Below, one piece after another: positions 26,463-40,492 of a stretch of 64,000 bases of DNA. Made by a program: the position numbers and the translations under genes. How positions within the stretch are numbered: position 1 is the first letter of the stretch; every line of letters starts with the position of its first letter. The stretch is from Octopus vulgaris (taxonomy: Eukaryota), in the NCBI GenBank assembly GCA_951406725.2, contig OX597816.1, forward strand, positions 23,746,001-23,810,000, given 5' to 3'. The notes beneath the pieces are model-generated. The model did no database searches and had not been told where the DNA came from. It saw only the letters and a program-made list of their open reading frames with translations.

Positions 26463-28110
26463 AAGTTATTTATACGTATCGAAATTTCAAAAGAGCTAAA
26501 GTCAGGTTTCTTTCTTTGATTTTTATTGTGCCACTTCAGTACACTGGTCCCATTAGAATTAAAGATTTACAAAGTTTCTAACTAAACACATCTTTAGTGA
26601 TGAATCTGTTTATACTATTTAAGTCAACAAAGACAGTGGAATCTTGGTATTGTTAGAACGGCGAACGCAAGCATTGAAGTAATTATATCCCCTTATATCT
26701 ATGTTCAAATTTAGCTAAGATTTAGCTAAGATTACCTTTGCATTTTCTTAGAGAGGATAAAATAAAGTAATTATCAAGTACTTAGATCTATGTAATTGAC
26801 TATATCGCTGTGGTCGGCTTTGCCTTTCGTCTTTCGGGGTCAGTAAAATAAGTACCAGTTGAGCACTGAGGTTAATATAATCGACTCAACTACTCCTGGG
26901 TATGAGTATAAAAACTTGAATCCCTCTGCCAAGCTATATCGAGCCAGTGTGGCAGAGTAGGCTCACCAGACCAGTATGTTCTCAAGCCCAGATTCGCGGA
27001 CTCCACATCATAATGTGGTTGGTGAACTGAATATGGGCAGAGCAATTCCACCCAGTCTCTCTTCCAAATATCGAAGGAGGTCAGAAGAGGAGTAGACCAA
27101 TGTTCGTCACTGTCTACAAATGCTGACTGAGTTGGCTGAAAAAACTGAAGGAAACTGAAAGAAGCCCGTCGTACATGCATGTGTGTGTCTTTTGTGTCAA
27201 TGTTTGCTCCACTCCACCATCACTGCTTTCCAACCGGTGTTGGTGTGTTTATGTCACCATAACTTTGCGGTTCGGCAAAAGACAAAGATAGAATAAGTAC
27301 CAGGCTTACAAAAAAAAAATAATAAGCAGTGGGATAGATCCGTTTGACTAAAATTCTTGAAATCGGTGCCCCAGCATGACCGCCGTCTAATGACTAAAAG
27401 TAGTAAAAGATAGAAGATAAAATCAACATTCTCATCAATAAGGGATGCAGATTCGGTAGGATTGTTGGAGACACGGACAAATTGTTTTGAAGTATTTAGT
27501 TACATTCCTTTACGTTTTGCGTTCGAATCCCGGCAAGGTCAACTTTGCATTTCATCTTTTTCGGAATTGATAAAAGTAAATACCAGTCAGGAACAGTGAT
27601 CGATATTAATTGATAATTAAGGCGGCGATCTGGCAGAATCGTTATCAGGCCGGGCAAAATTCTTAGTGGCATTTCGTCGGTCTTTACGTTCTGAGTTCAA
27701 ATTCTGGCGAGATTGGCTTCGCTTTCATCCTTTTGGGGATGTAATCGACTTTACCCTCTCACCCGAAATTACTGGCCTTGTGACAAAATTTGAAACCAAT
27801 ATTATTTGATTATACCCTTCCCCCAAAACTTAAGGCCCTGTGCTTCTGTTAAATATCAAGCATTCACATCAAGAAGGGTGGTGGGGTAACGAAATTGTTA
27901 GAATAACTGACTAAAAGTCAAGGTGTATGTTCTCACAACACTCGGCTTTTAAGTCCAAACCTCACCGAGGGTGACTTCACCTTTTATTGTTCCAGTACAA
28001 TGATTTCAAACTACGCCCATCTTAAGTTACCTCCCGCTAGTCTCAAATTGATTTCATATTTCTAGGTGTTACTTAATCTGTTTTAATATATTACTCCATC
28101 ACTGTCATAT

Positions 28111-28274
<164 letters not shown>

Positions 28275-28369
28275 CATATATATATATATATATACCCTTC
28301 TTTCTCTCTCTCTCCCTTTCTCTCTCTCACTCTGTTTCCCTCTTTCCCTCTCTCTCTCTCTCTCTCTCT

Positions 28370-28403
<34 letters not shown>

Positions 28404-28406
<3 letters not shown>

Positions 28407-28616
28407 TCTTTATTACCCATATAAACATAGAGGGGACAAATAAGGACAGACAAACGGATTAAGTCAATTACATCGACCCCAGTGCGTAACTGGTACTTAA
28501 TTTAACGACCCCGAAAGGATGAAAGGTAAAGTCGACCTCGGCGGAATTTGAACTCAGAACGTAGCGACGGGCGAAATGCCGCGAAGCACTTCGTCCGGCG
28601 TGCTAACGTCTCTGCC
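28404..28616 (-). mobile_element. Family B SINE monomer
   Basis: Consensus match. Confidence 0.8.
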
Positions 28617-28703
28617 ATATATATTTCTAGGTGTTGCTTAATCTGTTTTCATATTACTCCTGCACTGTCATATTACCTCTCCCTCACCTCTCTCTCTCTC
28701 TCT

Positions 28704-28770
<67 letters not shown>

Positions 28771-28928
28771 TCGCCATACTAATATGGCATTCTTATAAAA
28801 ATAAGAAAAAGCTGTCCGCTTATTAGCTCCATGAGGCCATCGCCTTAAGTTAGCTATTTGATACACAAACTGTATCCATATAACCTTCGAACAAGGGAGG
28901 TCAGTCGCTCCACACAACTTGACCGGCA

Positions 28929-28970
28929 GCTACAGACGCGTTTCGGGGTATTGCCCCTTTTCAATGCAGC
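28929..28970 (-). ncRNA. Minimal hammerhead ribozyme, U3:A8 core variant
   Basis: Minus strand GCTGCA-TTGAAAA-GGGG-CAATA-CCCC-GAAA-CGC-GTC-TGTAGC; palindromic stem III ACGCGT. Confidence 0.85.
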
Positions 28971-29283
28971 GTAGCCAGCCAGTAGGTGTCGCTTCCGACA
29001 ATCTCTGTTCGATGGTTTTATTAACTTAGTTTCGGTGGAATACATCCACTTGTTTTCAATAATAGAAATATTAAAATTACTAAGTCTCTCTAGCAGAACA
29101 GCGGCAGCGTCTCCCGAAAATAATAGTTATCGCCATACTAATATGGCATTTTATAAAAATAAGAAAAGCGTCCGCTTATTAGTTCCATGAGCCATCGCCT
29201 TAAGTTAGCTATTTGATACACAAACTGTATCCATATAACCTTCGAACAAGGGAGGTCAGTCGCTCCACACAACTTGACCGGCA

Positions 29284-29325
29284 GCTACAGACGCGTTTCG
29301 GGGTATTGCCCCTTTTCAATGCAGC
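29284..29325 (-). ncRNA. Minimal hammerhead ribozyme, U3:A8 core variant (second copy)
   Basis: Identical motif 355 nt away. Confidence 0.85.
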
Positions 29326-29555
29326 GTAGCCAGCCAGTAGGTGTCGCTTCCGACAATCTCTGTTCGATGGTTATATGGATACAGTTTGTGTATCAAATAG
29401 CTAACTTAAGGCGATGGCCTCATGGAGCTAATAAGCGGACAGCTTTTTTCTTATTTTTATAAGAATGCCATATTAGTATGGCGATAACTATTATTTTCGG
29501 GAACGCTGCCGCTGTTCTCTTTTAGAGAGACTTAGTAATTTTAATATTTCTATTA

Positions 29556-29587
<32 letters not shown>

Positions 29588-30248
29588 CATATATATATCC
29601 TTCTTTCTCTCTCTCTCCCTTTCTCTTACTTTCTCTCTCTCTGTTTGGTGCTCTGATTTCACAAAAATTATACATTTTTTAATGCTATAAATCATGTTTA
29701 TGGCAGAAAGTATGTGACACGCACGTATTTGAAAACTAGTATTGAAATCTGAAAAACAAATAATAAAAATGTCACAAAAATGTTAATAGTCCTTTTAAAA
29801 ACTACTCAAGTTGCTTGTCATATTAGATACAAACATAAGATATATTAAACGCTCTGCCCAAACTAAAGAAAACAGGTTTTTCATACGTTCTGTTCATATA
29901 CATAAATGAAACAATTGCGTAACGAAAGGGAGGGTCGGAATGTTTCCACTCATTTAACCACTAACCCACAAGTGAACCTAGGCGTTCCTAGAAATAGCCA
30001 TGAAATTACTCTAAAATGACATGCTACTGCTTTAAAAAAGAACAGATTGGATAACGTAATCTTACTGAGAAATAGACTTTATTGCCATGCGATAGTCCTG
30101 GCAGGAACGTCTTTGGTGACATGTCTGCATGACTTTGGACAACGATTCCCAACTGGGGTCCATGTAAGATTTTGTTGTTAAAATATTTCTGCAATAAATT
30201 GGTTTTCATTCCACAATACACGAAGTATTTTAATAATTAATTTTTAGA

Positions 30249-30680
30249 AGTGGCTGTGTGGTAAGTAGCTTGCTTTTACGAACCTCATGGTTCCGGGTTC
30301 AGTTCCACTGCGTGGCACCTTGGGCAAGTGTATTCTACTATAGCCTCGGGCCGACCAAAGCCTTGTGAGTGGATTTGGTATACGAAAACAGAAAAAAGCC
30401 AGTTGTGTTTATATTTATATATATATGCATGTGTGTGTGCTTGTGTACGTGTGTATATATGTTTGTGTGTCTGTATTTGTCCTCCCAACATCGCTTGACA
30501 ACCGATGCTGGTATGTTTACGTCCCAGTAACTTAGCAGTTCGGCAAAAGAGACCGATAGAATAAGTACTAGGCTTACAAAGAATAAGTCCAGGGGTCGAT
30601 TTGCTCGACTAAAGGCGTTGCTCCAGCACGGCCACAGTCAAATGACTTTCACAAGTAAAAGAGTAAAAGAGTAAAAGAGT
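30249..30680 (+). mobile_element. Family A SINE
   Basis: Consensus match. Confidence 0.85.
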
Positions 30681-30913
30681 AATAGGGTAATTCCTAATGA
30701 TATTTAATTATAAAAGTATAAACAGGATTATTTTTTAAATATCAAATGGTTATGAGGGTCCAGTAGAGTAAAATAAGAATCCATTAGATCCATGGGCAAA
30801 AAAATGGTTGACAACCACTGACTAAGAATAAAAGAGCTAAACAACGACCTCACTGTAAAATGGTAGTGACGAGTATAATAGCATAGAGAGAGATGGACAG
30901 CGGTGGATGGAAG

Positions 30914-31290
30914 CACTCCGTCGGTTACGACGACGAGGATTCCGGTTGATCCGAATCAACGGAACAGCCTGCTCGTGAAATTAACGTGTAAGTCGCTGAG
31001 CACTCCACAGACACGTGTACCCTTAACATAGTTCTCGGGGATATTCAGCGTGACACAGAGAGTGACAAGGCCGGCCCTTTAAAATACAGGTACAACAGAA
31101 ACAGGAAGTCAAGAGTGAGAGAAAGTTGTGATGAAAGAGTACAGTAGGGTTCGCTACCACCCCCTGCCGGATACTCGTGGAGCTTTAGGTGTTTTCGCTC
31201 AGTAAGCACTGACAACGCCCGGTCTGGGAATCGAAACTGCGATCCTATGACCGAGAGTCCGCTGCCCTAACCACTGGGCCATTGCACCTC
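30914..31290 (-). mobile_element. Full-length family C tRNA-derived SINE with TSD
   Basis: Head GAGGTGCAATGGCCCAGTGG...GTTTCGATTCCC; TSD GATGGACAGCGGT; 3' part shared with 54175-54482 and 58832-59145. Confidence 0.85.
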
Positions 31291-31415
31291 CCCGATGGAC
31301 AGCGGTAAGGATGATCTAAATACGTAGTGCATTGATAGTGTCTTTGATTTTATAAGGATTATAAAAGAGTAGAAAGGACGCAAAACATTGCTCTTTGCAT
31401 CATCACAAACTGCAA

Positions 31416-32018
31416 GGCGCCGAGCTGGCAGAAACGTTAGCACGCCGGGCGAAATGCTTGGCGGTATTTCGTCTGCCGCTACGTTCTGAGTTCAAATTCC
31501 GCTCTGAAGTCGACTTTGCCTTTCATCCTTTCGGGGTCGATTAAATAAGTACCAGTTACGCACTGGGGTCGATGTAATCGATTTAATCCGTTTGTCTGTC
31601 CTTGTTAGTCCTCTCTGTGTTTAGCCCCTTGTGGGTAGTAAAGAAATAGGTATTTCGTCTGTCTTTACGTTCTGAGTTCAAATTCCGCTCTGAGGTCGAC
31701 TTTGCCTTTCATCCTCTCGGGGTCGATAAATTAAGTACCAGTTACGCACTGGAGTCGATATAATCGACTTAATCCGTTTGTATGTCCTTGTTTGTCACCT
31801 CTGTGTTTAGCCCCTTGTGGGTAGTAAAGAAATAGGTATTTCGTCTGCCGCTACGTTCTGAGTTCAAATTCCGCCGAGGTCGACTTTGGCTTTCGTCCTT
31901 TCTGGGTCGATTAAACAAGTACTAGTTACGCACTGGTGTCGATGTAATCGACTTAATCCCTTTGTCTGTCCTTGTTTGTCCCCTCTATGTTTAGCCCCTT
32001 GTGGGCAATGAAGAAATA
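31416..32018 (+). mobile_element. Family B SINE trimer with TSD
   Basis: Three ~185-bp body units joined at AAAGAAATAG|GTATTTCGTCTG; TSD ACAAACTGCAAG. Confidence 0.88.
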
Positions 32019-32220
32019 ACAAACTGCAAGTAGACTATCTGTGTAACGAAATATAAATATTAAAAATAAAAGTCCACCTTGGGAGGTGAAAAGAATAGTA
32101 ATTTTATAGCAGCAAAACATCAAATGCCCAGAGAATCTAGAATACCCTATGATTCCACCGAGATGTTACCATTAAATTGCCTGTCTCTTCCACTGAATCC
32201 AGATAAACAGATAAACATTT

Positions 32221-32553
32221 GAGACCCCCTTCAGTCATGACTGCCCGTGTGATTGCACCTCGAAAGTTACCCTCCCAGGCACAAGTCCGGGCAAGGTTGT
32301 TTATGGAAGACCAGCAGTCGCCCATACATACCAGCCTTCCCTCTCCACGTCACCAGTGTTATACAAGGGAAAGGCAAAGGTCAATACAGCTTGGCACCTG
32401 TGACATCACAGCCCATTTCTACAGCTGAGTGAACTGAAGCCGCGTGAAATAAAGTGTCTTACTCAAGAGCACACAACACGCAGCCCGGTCCGGGATTCGA
32501 ACTCACAACCTCACGATCGTAAGCTCGACGCTCTAACCACTGAGCCATGCGCC
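32221..32553 (-). mobile_element. Family D tRNA-derived SINE with TSD
   Basis: Head GGCGCATGGCTCAGTGG...GAGTTCGAATCCC; TSD ACAGA(T/C)AAACATT; sister copy at 54510-54842. Confidence 0.85.
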
Positions 32554-33265
32554 TTTACAGACAAACATTCACAAATATCTATATACTAAAATGGCTGTTG
32601 CATCAATTACATAATTAGCCTCAAAATATGCGTTGTAATACACAGTAACAATAATAAATGCAAGGAGCATTATATGTCTCACTCCACCGAGTTCTTATTG
32701 CATATGTTCTGACTGCAACCGCCAGAATATGTAGCAGTCAAGGGCAAAATGCGGCCCGTGGAACTTTCTAAATTGGCGAAAAATTACCTTGAAATTTTGT
32801 AGTAGTGTGACCCGCATAATGATGTGTCATGTGATGTGCGACCCGCTTCTCAGAAAAAGTTGCCTATGCCTGATCTATAAACGTATAGAAAGAATGCGCA
32901 CAACATGCTCTGGCGGCAACACTGCATCGCATACGATTAAACATAACGTATTAGAATGTACAGAATGAGGCTCAATCAACCGGAGATATCGCATATCCGG
33001 AACTAGAGACATAAGCATTGAATCTAGTTGTTGTTCGTTAAGTGCTGAATCTGAGACCACACAACAAGAACGAACAATAACGATAACAATAGCAACATCA
33101 ACAACAACAACAAAAACGTTTGTGTATATTTCCATCGTATTCATCGACCAGTGTTATACTTTCAAACAACAGTGTAACAATATCCCCCAAAAAATAATAA
33201 TAATACAACGATAAATAACTAATATATCAGATTGTTCTTTTCTGTCACTTTTAAATTCAAAATAT

Positions 33266-33352
<87 letters not shown>

Positions 33353-34060
33353 CATATACATATATATACATATATATATATGCATACATATACATATATA
33401 TATATATACACATATATATATATATGTATGTATGTACGTGTGTGTGTGTGTATATGTATGTATGTATGTAAGTATGTATGTAAGTATGTATGTATGTATA
33501 TTTAAGTCGTCATTGCTTATTGAGCAAAACAACAAAATAATACCAAAATAAGGAACGTTATTTCTTCCAATAAATATAGCAATTCCATTTCGTTTTGACA
33601 TATATTAAAAATATATATTGAGATTTCAAAATGTATTTATAATAAATGTTAATAACTTTCTGATAAAATGGCTCGAAAATATTTCTCGCAATATTTTGTA
33701 CTTCAATGACACTTGTTATTTCTTTGAATATAGAAACAAATACTATTTTTAATGTGTTTTAACATATTCCTATTCAGTGTGCACATACACAGTATATGCA
33801 CCTATGTATGTATGTATGTATGTATTATGTATATATGTAACAGTGTATGATTTTTTTTTATACGTAAAAATATTGATTATGTAAGACATGTAATAGTGAA
33901 GGCACATGGCCTAGTGGCTAGAGTAGCGGTCTCGCGGTTGAGGGATCGCGGGTTCGAATCTCAGACCGGGCGATGTGTGTGCTTATGAGCGAAACACCTA
34001 AGTTCCACGCGACTACGGCAGAAGGTAATGGCGAACTTCTGCTGACTCTTTCACCACAGG

Positions 34061-34215
34061 GGTGGCTGTGTGGTAAGTAGCTTGCTTACCAACCACATGG
34101 TTCCGGGTTCAGTCCCACTGCGTGGCACCTTGGGCAGGTGTCTTCTACTATAGCATCGGGCCAACCAAAGCCTTGTGAGTGGATTTGGTAGACGGAAACT
34201 AAAAGAAGCCCGTCG

Positions 34216-34247
<32 letters not shown>

Positions 34248-34451
34248 ATCCAAACATGAGAACACAAAGAGCAAACACAACAACGCGAGGACGTGGAACA
34301 AATATAGTATTATTGGACGCTCAGGAAGGAAGGGCAGAAGGAGGGTTTTACATTTCAAGCAGAGCTCTTCGTCAGAAACATAGGAAAAGGAAAGATTCAG
34401 AGAAGGGAAGACGGAGGAAAAAATGACCAACGGTACACACGCGGTCACATT

Positions 34452-34546
<95 letters not shown>

Positions 34547-34795
34547 TGTATGTATGTATGTATGTATGTATGTATGTATGTATGTATGTATGTATGTATG
34601 TATGTATATGTTTGTGTGTTTGCTTATCTCCCCAACATCGCTTGACTACCGATGCTGGTATGTTTACGTCCCCGTAACTTAGCGATTCGGCAAGAGAGAC
34701 CGATAGAGTAAGTCCTGGGGTCGATTTGCTTGTCTAAATGCAGTACCCCAACATGGCCGCAGTCAAATGACTGAAACAAATAAAAGAAAGAAAAG
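34061..34795 (+). mobile_element. Family A SINE carrying an HHR-element insertion (34244-34455) in its internal (TA)n
   Basis: SINE halves are colinear around the TA-flanked insert. Confidence 0.85.
34345..34379 (-). ncRNA. Minimal hammerhead ribozyme (slightly degenerate)
   Basis: Minus strand GTTT-CTGACGA-AGAGCTCTGCTT-GAAA-T-GTA-AAAC; same family as 62473-62505. Confidence 0.65.
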
Positions 34796-35099
34796 AAAGT
34801 AATCTTATATCTATATATCAATGGTTCTGGTTACCTGCATTTCGAAAGATACAAGGTCCGAATCCTCCTTTGAGATCTTGTTCTCTTTTTCTGACTTAGA
34901 TTAGTACTCGTAAATACCATGTGGATGTGGATGCATGTGTACCTGTGAGTAAATAAGAGCAAAAGGTTTATTTTTCATAAGTATGGCATCCATTTAGGCC
35001 GTCTGATCATTTCTTTGCCAGTGTCCATGTTTCATTGCTGCTAATTCGGCAGTTGCAAGGAAGAGCTTGGTTTTGGTTTTGCTACGAATAGCCTTAAAT

Positions 35100-35390
35100 G
35101 TAAAATGGCAGCAGAATATCACAAATGGATGCCGAACGTTAGCGAGAAGATCGTGCGAAGTGGGCTGCGACAATCTGGTCCCTGCGTGCGCCAACCTGAG
35201 CAAGAATCATCCAAGTTAGTCTTGTGAAAGCCATTTCATGGTGGTGTAAGAAGAGGAAAACCTCGTCATGCTTACATCAACAACTTGAAAGCAGACACTG
35301 GCCTGGAACGCATCCAGGACTTCTGGCAGTAAAGATAAACCGAGAAATGTTACGTGGAGGCTTAGTTGCTGCGACCCGGATTAGAAAGCG
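35100..35390 (+). mobile_element. Degenerate RTE-like LINE 3' end
   Basis: ESSKLVL*KPFHGGVRRGKPRHAYINNLKADTGLE resembles an RTE ORF2 C-terminus. Confidence 0.55.
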
Positions 35391-35452
35391 GACATAGATA
35401 TGTATATTTGATATGTATTGAAAGCACAACGGTTTTCGAGTTCTTTTTTTCG

Positions 35453-35497
<45 letters not shown>

Positions 35498-35642
35498 GCA
35501 TGAGTGGCTGTGTGGTAAGAAGCTTGCTTGCCAACCACATGGTTCCGGGTTCAGTCACACAGTGTGGCACCTTTGCCAAGTGTCTTCTACTATAGTAGCC
35601 TTGTGAGTGGATTAGGTACACGGAAACTGAAATAAGCCCGTC

Positions 35643-35690
<48 letters not shown>

Positions 35691-35734
35691 TATGCATTCT
35701 TTAGCGATCATACTGACGAGCTACAGATACAAAA

Positions 35735-35773
<39 letters not shown>

Positions 35774-36633
35774 GCAAACTCACCACCCTGTAAAGGCGAT
35801 TAATAATTTTAATATTAGCACAAAGTCAGCATTTTTGTTGTTGTTGATCCTTTGCTTGTCTGTTTTGTTTTTGTTTTTGTTTTTTTGTTTTTTTTTGTTT
35901 TTTTTCTCATAGTCGGGACAAGTAGATTACATCGACCTCAGTACTTCATTGCTACTGTTTTATCGACACCGATAGCATAAAAGGTAAATTCAGCCTCGGT
36001 GGCATTTGAACTCAGAACGCAAAGAACTGAAGGAAACGCCTCTAAGCATTTTTCCGATAATGGATGGATGGATGGATGGGTCGATGGGTCGATGGATGGA
36101 TTTTAGAACCTAATATGGTTCTCAAATGGGTGGATGGGTGGATGGATGGATGGATGGCTGTAAATCTAAGAAGAACTTCTTATACACTGGCGAATTTCGT
36201 TTTCTTACTCCGAAATTCTTGCTTGACTATCCATGAATTCCGCCTCAAGATTCGTGAAGTAAGAAACTCTTAGCGGGAAAATAGTGATGATCTCTGTGTG
36301 TATGTGTGTGTGTGTGTGTGTGTGAGTTGCTGGGTGTGTATATGTGCGTGTAGCTCGGTGTCTGTGTGCGTCTATGTAAAATAGTCATACGCAGATAAAT
36401 ATGTGTGTGTGTGTGTGTTTGTGTTTCTGTGTGTCTGTGAATCTGCTGTTTTCAAATATTCATCCTTTTTCATTTTAACCAGAATAAACTACCGTGTACC
36501 AACAAGAGTAGATAAAGAGGTCTTTTGTTCAATATAATACATAAACACATACGTACACACGCACACACATCCTACATATACACACATATACATATGTATA
36601 TATATACATATATATATATAGACATATATAGAC

Positions 36634-36698
<65 letters not shown>

Positions 36699-36715
36699 TT
36701 TCATATATATATATT

Positions 36716-36747
<32 letters not shown>

Positions 36748-36760
36748 TTATAATATACAT

Positions 36761-36813
<53 letters not shown>

Positions 36814-37255
36814 CATACAAATACTTACATAAATATATATATATGTGGGTGGGTTGGGTGTACACACACACACTCATTTTATTGGAGATAGAAACTCATG
36901 TTCGATACAAATAACATATTAGGTTCTCAAACCAATACCTTTTAAGTGTATAAAATCGTATTAATATGTCTTTTGACTCGTATATTAAGTTTTTAAGGTA
37001 ATCAATATAAGTGTGTTACTTATATCATTTACTCTGAATCTGATTGCACCATTAACGTCTCCAGTTTGATATTGTCCCTTCTTGAGCTGATATCATAAAA
37101 GAAAAAAAATTACAAGTCAATATGTGCTTCACAGTTTTATAGGCATTATTGCTATCAGAATGTCCATAAAATGATATAAACTATGACGCTAACATTCTTA
37201 TAAACATAACACTGTTTTCATGACACTCTTAACTTTTTCGAAAGATCTTCGTTGC

Positions 37256-37288
37256 ATAATAATAATAGTAATAGTAATAATAATAATG

Positions 37289-37366
<78 letters not shown>

Positions 37367-37600
37367 GGAAGAAGAAGAAGAAGAAGAAGAAGAAGAAGAA
37401 GAAGAAGAAGGAGAAGAGATGAAGAAGAAGAAGAAGAAGAAGAAGAAGAAGAAGAAGAAGAAGAAGAAGAAGAAGAAGAAGAAGAAGAAGAAGAAGAAGA
37501 AGAAGAAGAAGAAGAAGAAGAAGAAGAAGAAGAAGAAGAAGAAGAAGAAGAAGAAGAAGAAGAAGAAGAAGAAGAAGAAGAAGAAGAAGAAGAAGGAGAA
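37256..37600. repeat. (AAT)n followed by long (GAA)n
   Basis: Directly visible. Confidence 0.95.
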
Positions 37601-37790
37601 GAGTAATAGTGGTGATAATAAAAAAAATAATAGTAATAACGATAGCAATAATAATAACTAAAATAATGGAAATTACATAAATGAAAAAAGGATAAAAATA
37701 ATAATAATGATAACAACAACAACAACAATAACAATAACGATAATAATAATGATAGTGATAATAATATTGATAATAATAAATAAAGTAGTA

Positions 37791-37858
<68 letters not shown>

Positions 37859-38004
37859 GGTTGTGGTAATGGTGGTGGTGGTAGATTAGAGAAATATTTT
37901 CATCTCTTCAAGAATATATTTTCAAATATGTTGGTAGTGTATATAAATATATACATATATATATACAGACATATATATACACATATACACATACACACAT
38001 ATAC

Positions 38005-38108
<104 letters not shown>

Positions 38109-38321
38109 GTATATACATATATTTGTGTGTGTATGCGTTTGTGTGTGTGTGTGTCCATCGATTGGTTTATCCGCTGATCAGATATATGTAGGTAGGAATA
38201 TAGGTATGTATGTATGTATACATGTATGCATGTAGGTAGGCTGGCAGACAGGCATGCAGGTAGGTAGGTTTAGGGAGGGAGGGAGGGAGGGAGGGAGGTA
38301 CTTACGTAGGTATGTGGGTAA

Positions 38322-38407
<86 letters not shown>

Positions 38408-38761
38408 CAGCAGGCAGACTGATTCATTCATTTTTTTTCTTTCGTTTATTCAGTAATTGATACCGTCGTGAATGGTTTAATCTCTCTGAGTCAGAGGAAT
38501 CTGATTTATAAGTCCTCGACTATTATCTGGCAAAATTGACTTCAGTGGTGTTTGAACTCAGAATGTAAACAGCCGAAAGAAATAGGGAAAAACATTTTAT
38601 CCGACGCTATAACGATCCTAAAATAGCGTCGTATTACACGAATCGAGTAAGGTGCCTGTTTTGCGATTGTAAGATCAACAGTTCATATTCTGTCACTGCG
38701 GATTCAATTTTTTCATAGCCGGGGTTCATTTCTCTCACGAGGCACGCCTTTACACACTCAC

Positions 38762-38833
<72 letters not shown>

Positions 38834-38914
38834 CATACTTGTGTAAATATATATATATGTATATATACATATATGTATGTTTATCACCCATCCCAAACAT
38901 GAAAAAAGCGTTAG

Positions 38915-39560
38915 ATGGAGAAAAGAATCTGGTTTAATCTTTCGTACAAGCCTGGTATTGCCACTAATATACCTAGGTACCTTCTGACGCTCATTAAAAT
39001 GTACACCCTCATGAACCCATACATATAATAAATCTTTTGAGCGTCATAACGTGAAGGTTAATTACTCATGCTTAGATAATATCGTTTTTAATATTACAGG
39101 CTAAAACAAACGCAAACACGCATCTTCACAGCCTTTACCATACATTTCAACATGCAACTGTCGAAATCCAGCCAAGTGTCCATCGGGAGGACCTTGTCTC
39201 TCAGATACTGTATTCACCCTCACACTATCCTAAGGTATCACCAGACTCTACACGAACATGATGAGTAACAGTTTTAAGGGCGATATACGCAACGTGTCTA
39301 CTCCTCCAGATATAGACACATCGAAAACTTCACTTTTCTTTTTCACTTCATCTAAAGACTTCAGAATTATTAAAGTAACTTCAACATCACATGGAGCATC
39401 CTTGACGGAATCCCTTCTTACAAAACTGGAGCTCATAATAGTCAAATCCACGTCCATAAGAAACTGCAAATACTCCAACAGTTCGCAGTAATAAGAAAAA
39501 ATACTTGCCATATTGTTGCTACCAGAGGTACGCCCTGTAAATGAACTTCAGTTCTCTAGC
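38915..39560 (+). pseudogene. Old degenerate Penelope-like GIY-YIG remnant
   Basis: Across frameshifts IWFNLSYKPGIATNIPRYLLTLIK, CNCRNPAKCPSGGPCL and FNITWSIL, colinear with the 17131-18089 protein. Confidence 0.72.
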
Positions 39561-39750
39561 CGCTCATAACTCAGATGTAGCACCCTAGACTCAGTTTCCC
39601 TACGCACAATGGCAGAGCAAATAATTCCCGGTTTTCAATTGCCTGAATTCCGAATAGCGATAAATACAAATTCGATTTTGGATAAATATCTTTGTGTATC
39701 TGTGTGGATGTATGTATATCTGTTTGTATGTTCTCTTCTGTTTTTAATTA

Positions 39751-39916
39751 GGCGTAGGAGTGGCTGTATGGTAAGTAGCTTGCTTACCAACCACATAGTT
39801 CCGGGTTCAGTCCCACTGCGTGGCACCTTGGGCAAGTGTTTTCTACTATAGCTTCGGGCCGACCAAAGCCTTGTGAGTGGATTTGGTAGACGGAAACTAA
39901 GAAGCCCGTCATATAA

Positions 39917-39954
<38 letters not shown>

Positions 39955-40118
39955 TTTATAGAAGGAGCTTCTACAGGACTAGAACTGTTTCATTCAAATG
40001 AAATCATCATGAAACAGTTCTTGTCCTGTAGAAGCTCCTTCTATAAAATAAATTAATTTACTCTGCTATGTATTGAGTACCTTATTTACTGTGGTTAACC
40101 CCGACTCAACCCGGGACC

Positions 40119-40203
<85 letters not shown>

Positions 40204-40492
40204 TTATATGACGGGCTTCTTTAAGTTTCCGTCTACCAAATCCACTCATATATATATATATATATACGTGTGTATATGTTTGAGTGTCTGTGTTTGTACC
40301 CCAAACATCGCTTGAAAACCAATGCTGGTGTGTTTACGTCCCCGTAACTTAGCTTTTCGGCAAAAAAAGACCGATAAAATAAGTACTAGGCTTACAAAGA
40401 ATAAGCCCTGGGGTCGATTTGCTCGACTAAAGGCGGTGCTCCAGCATGGCCACAATCAAATAACTGAAACAAGTAAAAGAAGAAAAAAGAGT
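39751..40492 (+). mobile_element. Family A SINE with a fold-back insert (39950-40120) in its internal (TA)n
   Basis: SINE head and 3' half flank the insert; a short inverted SINE piece lies at 40210-40248. Confidence 0.8.

Larger units (their letters stand above)
28767..29554 (-). mobile_element. Non-coding HHR element with tandem ~355-359-bp units plus an inverted ~185-bp copy, in (TA)n
   Basis: 28767 onward is repeated from 29126; 29369-29554 is the reverse complement of ~29061-29240. Confidence 0.85.

Noticed and set aside
33900-33972. tRNA gene-like sequences here and at other SINE heads
   Set aside because: Each runs directly into SINE body sequence; these are tRNA-derived promoters, not tRNA genes
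39248-39511. 87-aa minus-strand ORF as a host exon
   Set aside because: Antisense to a recognisable degenerate Penelope GIY-YIG remnant on the plus strand
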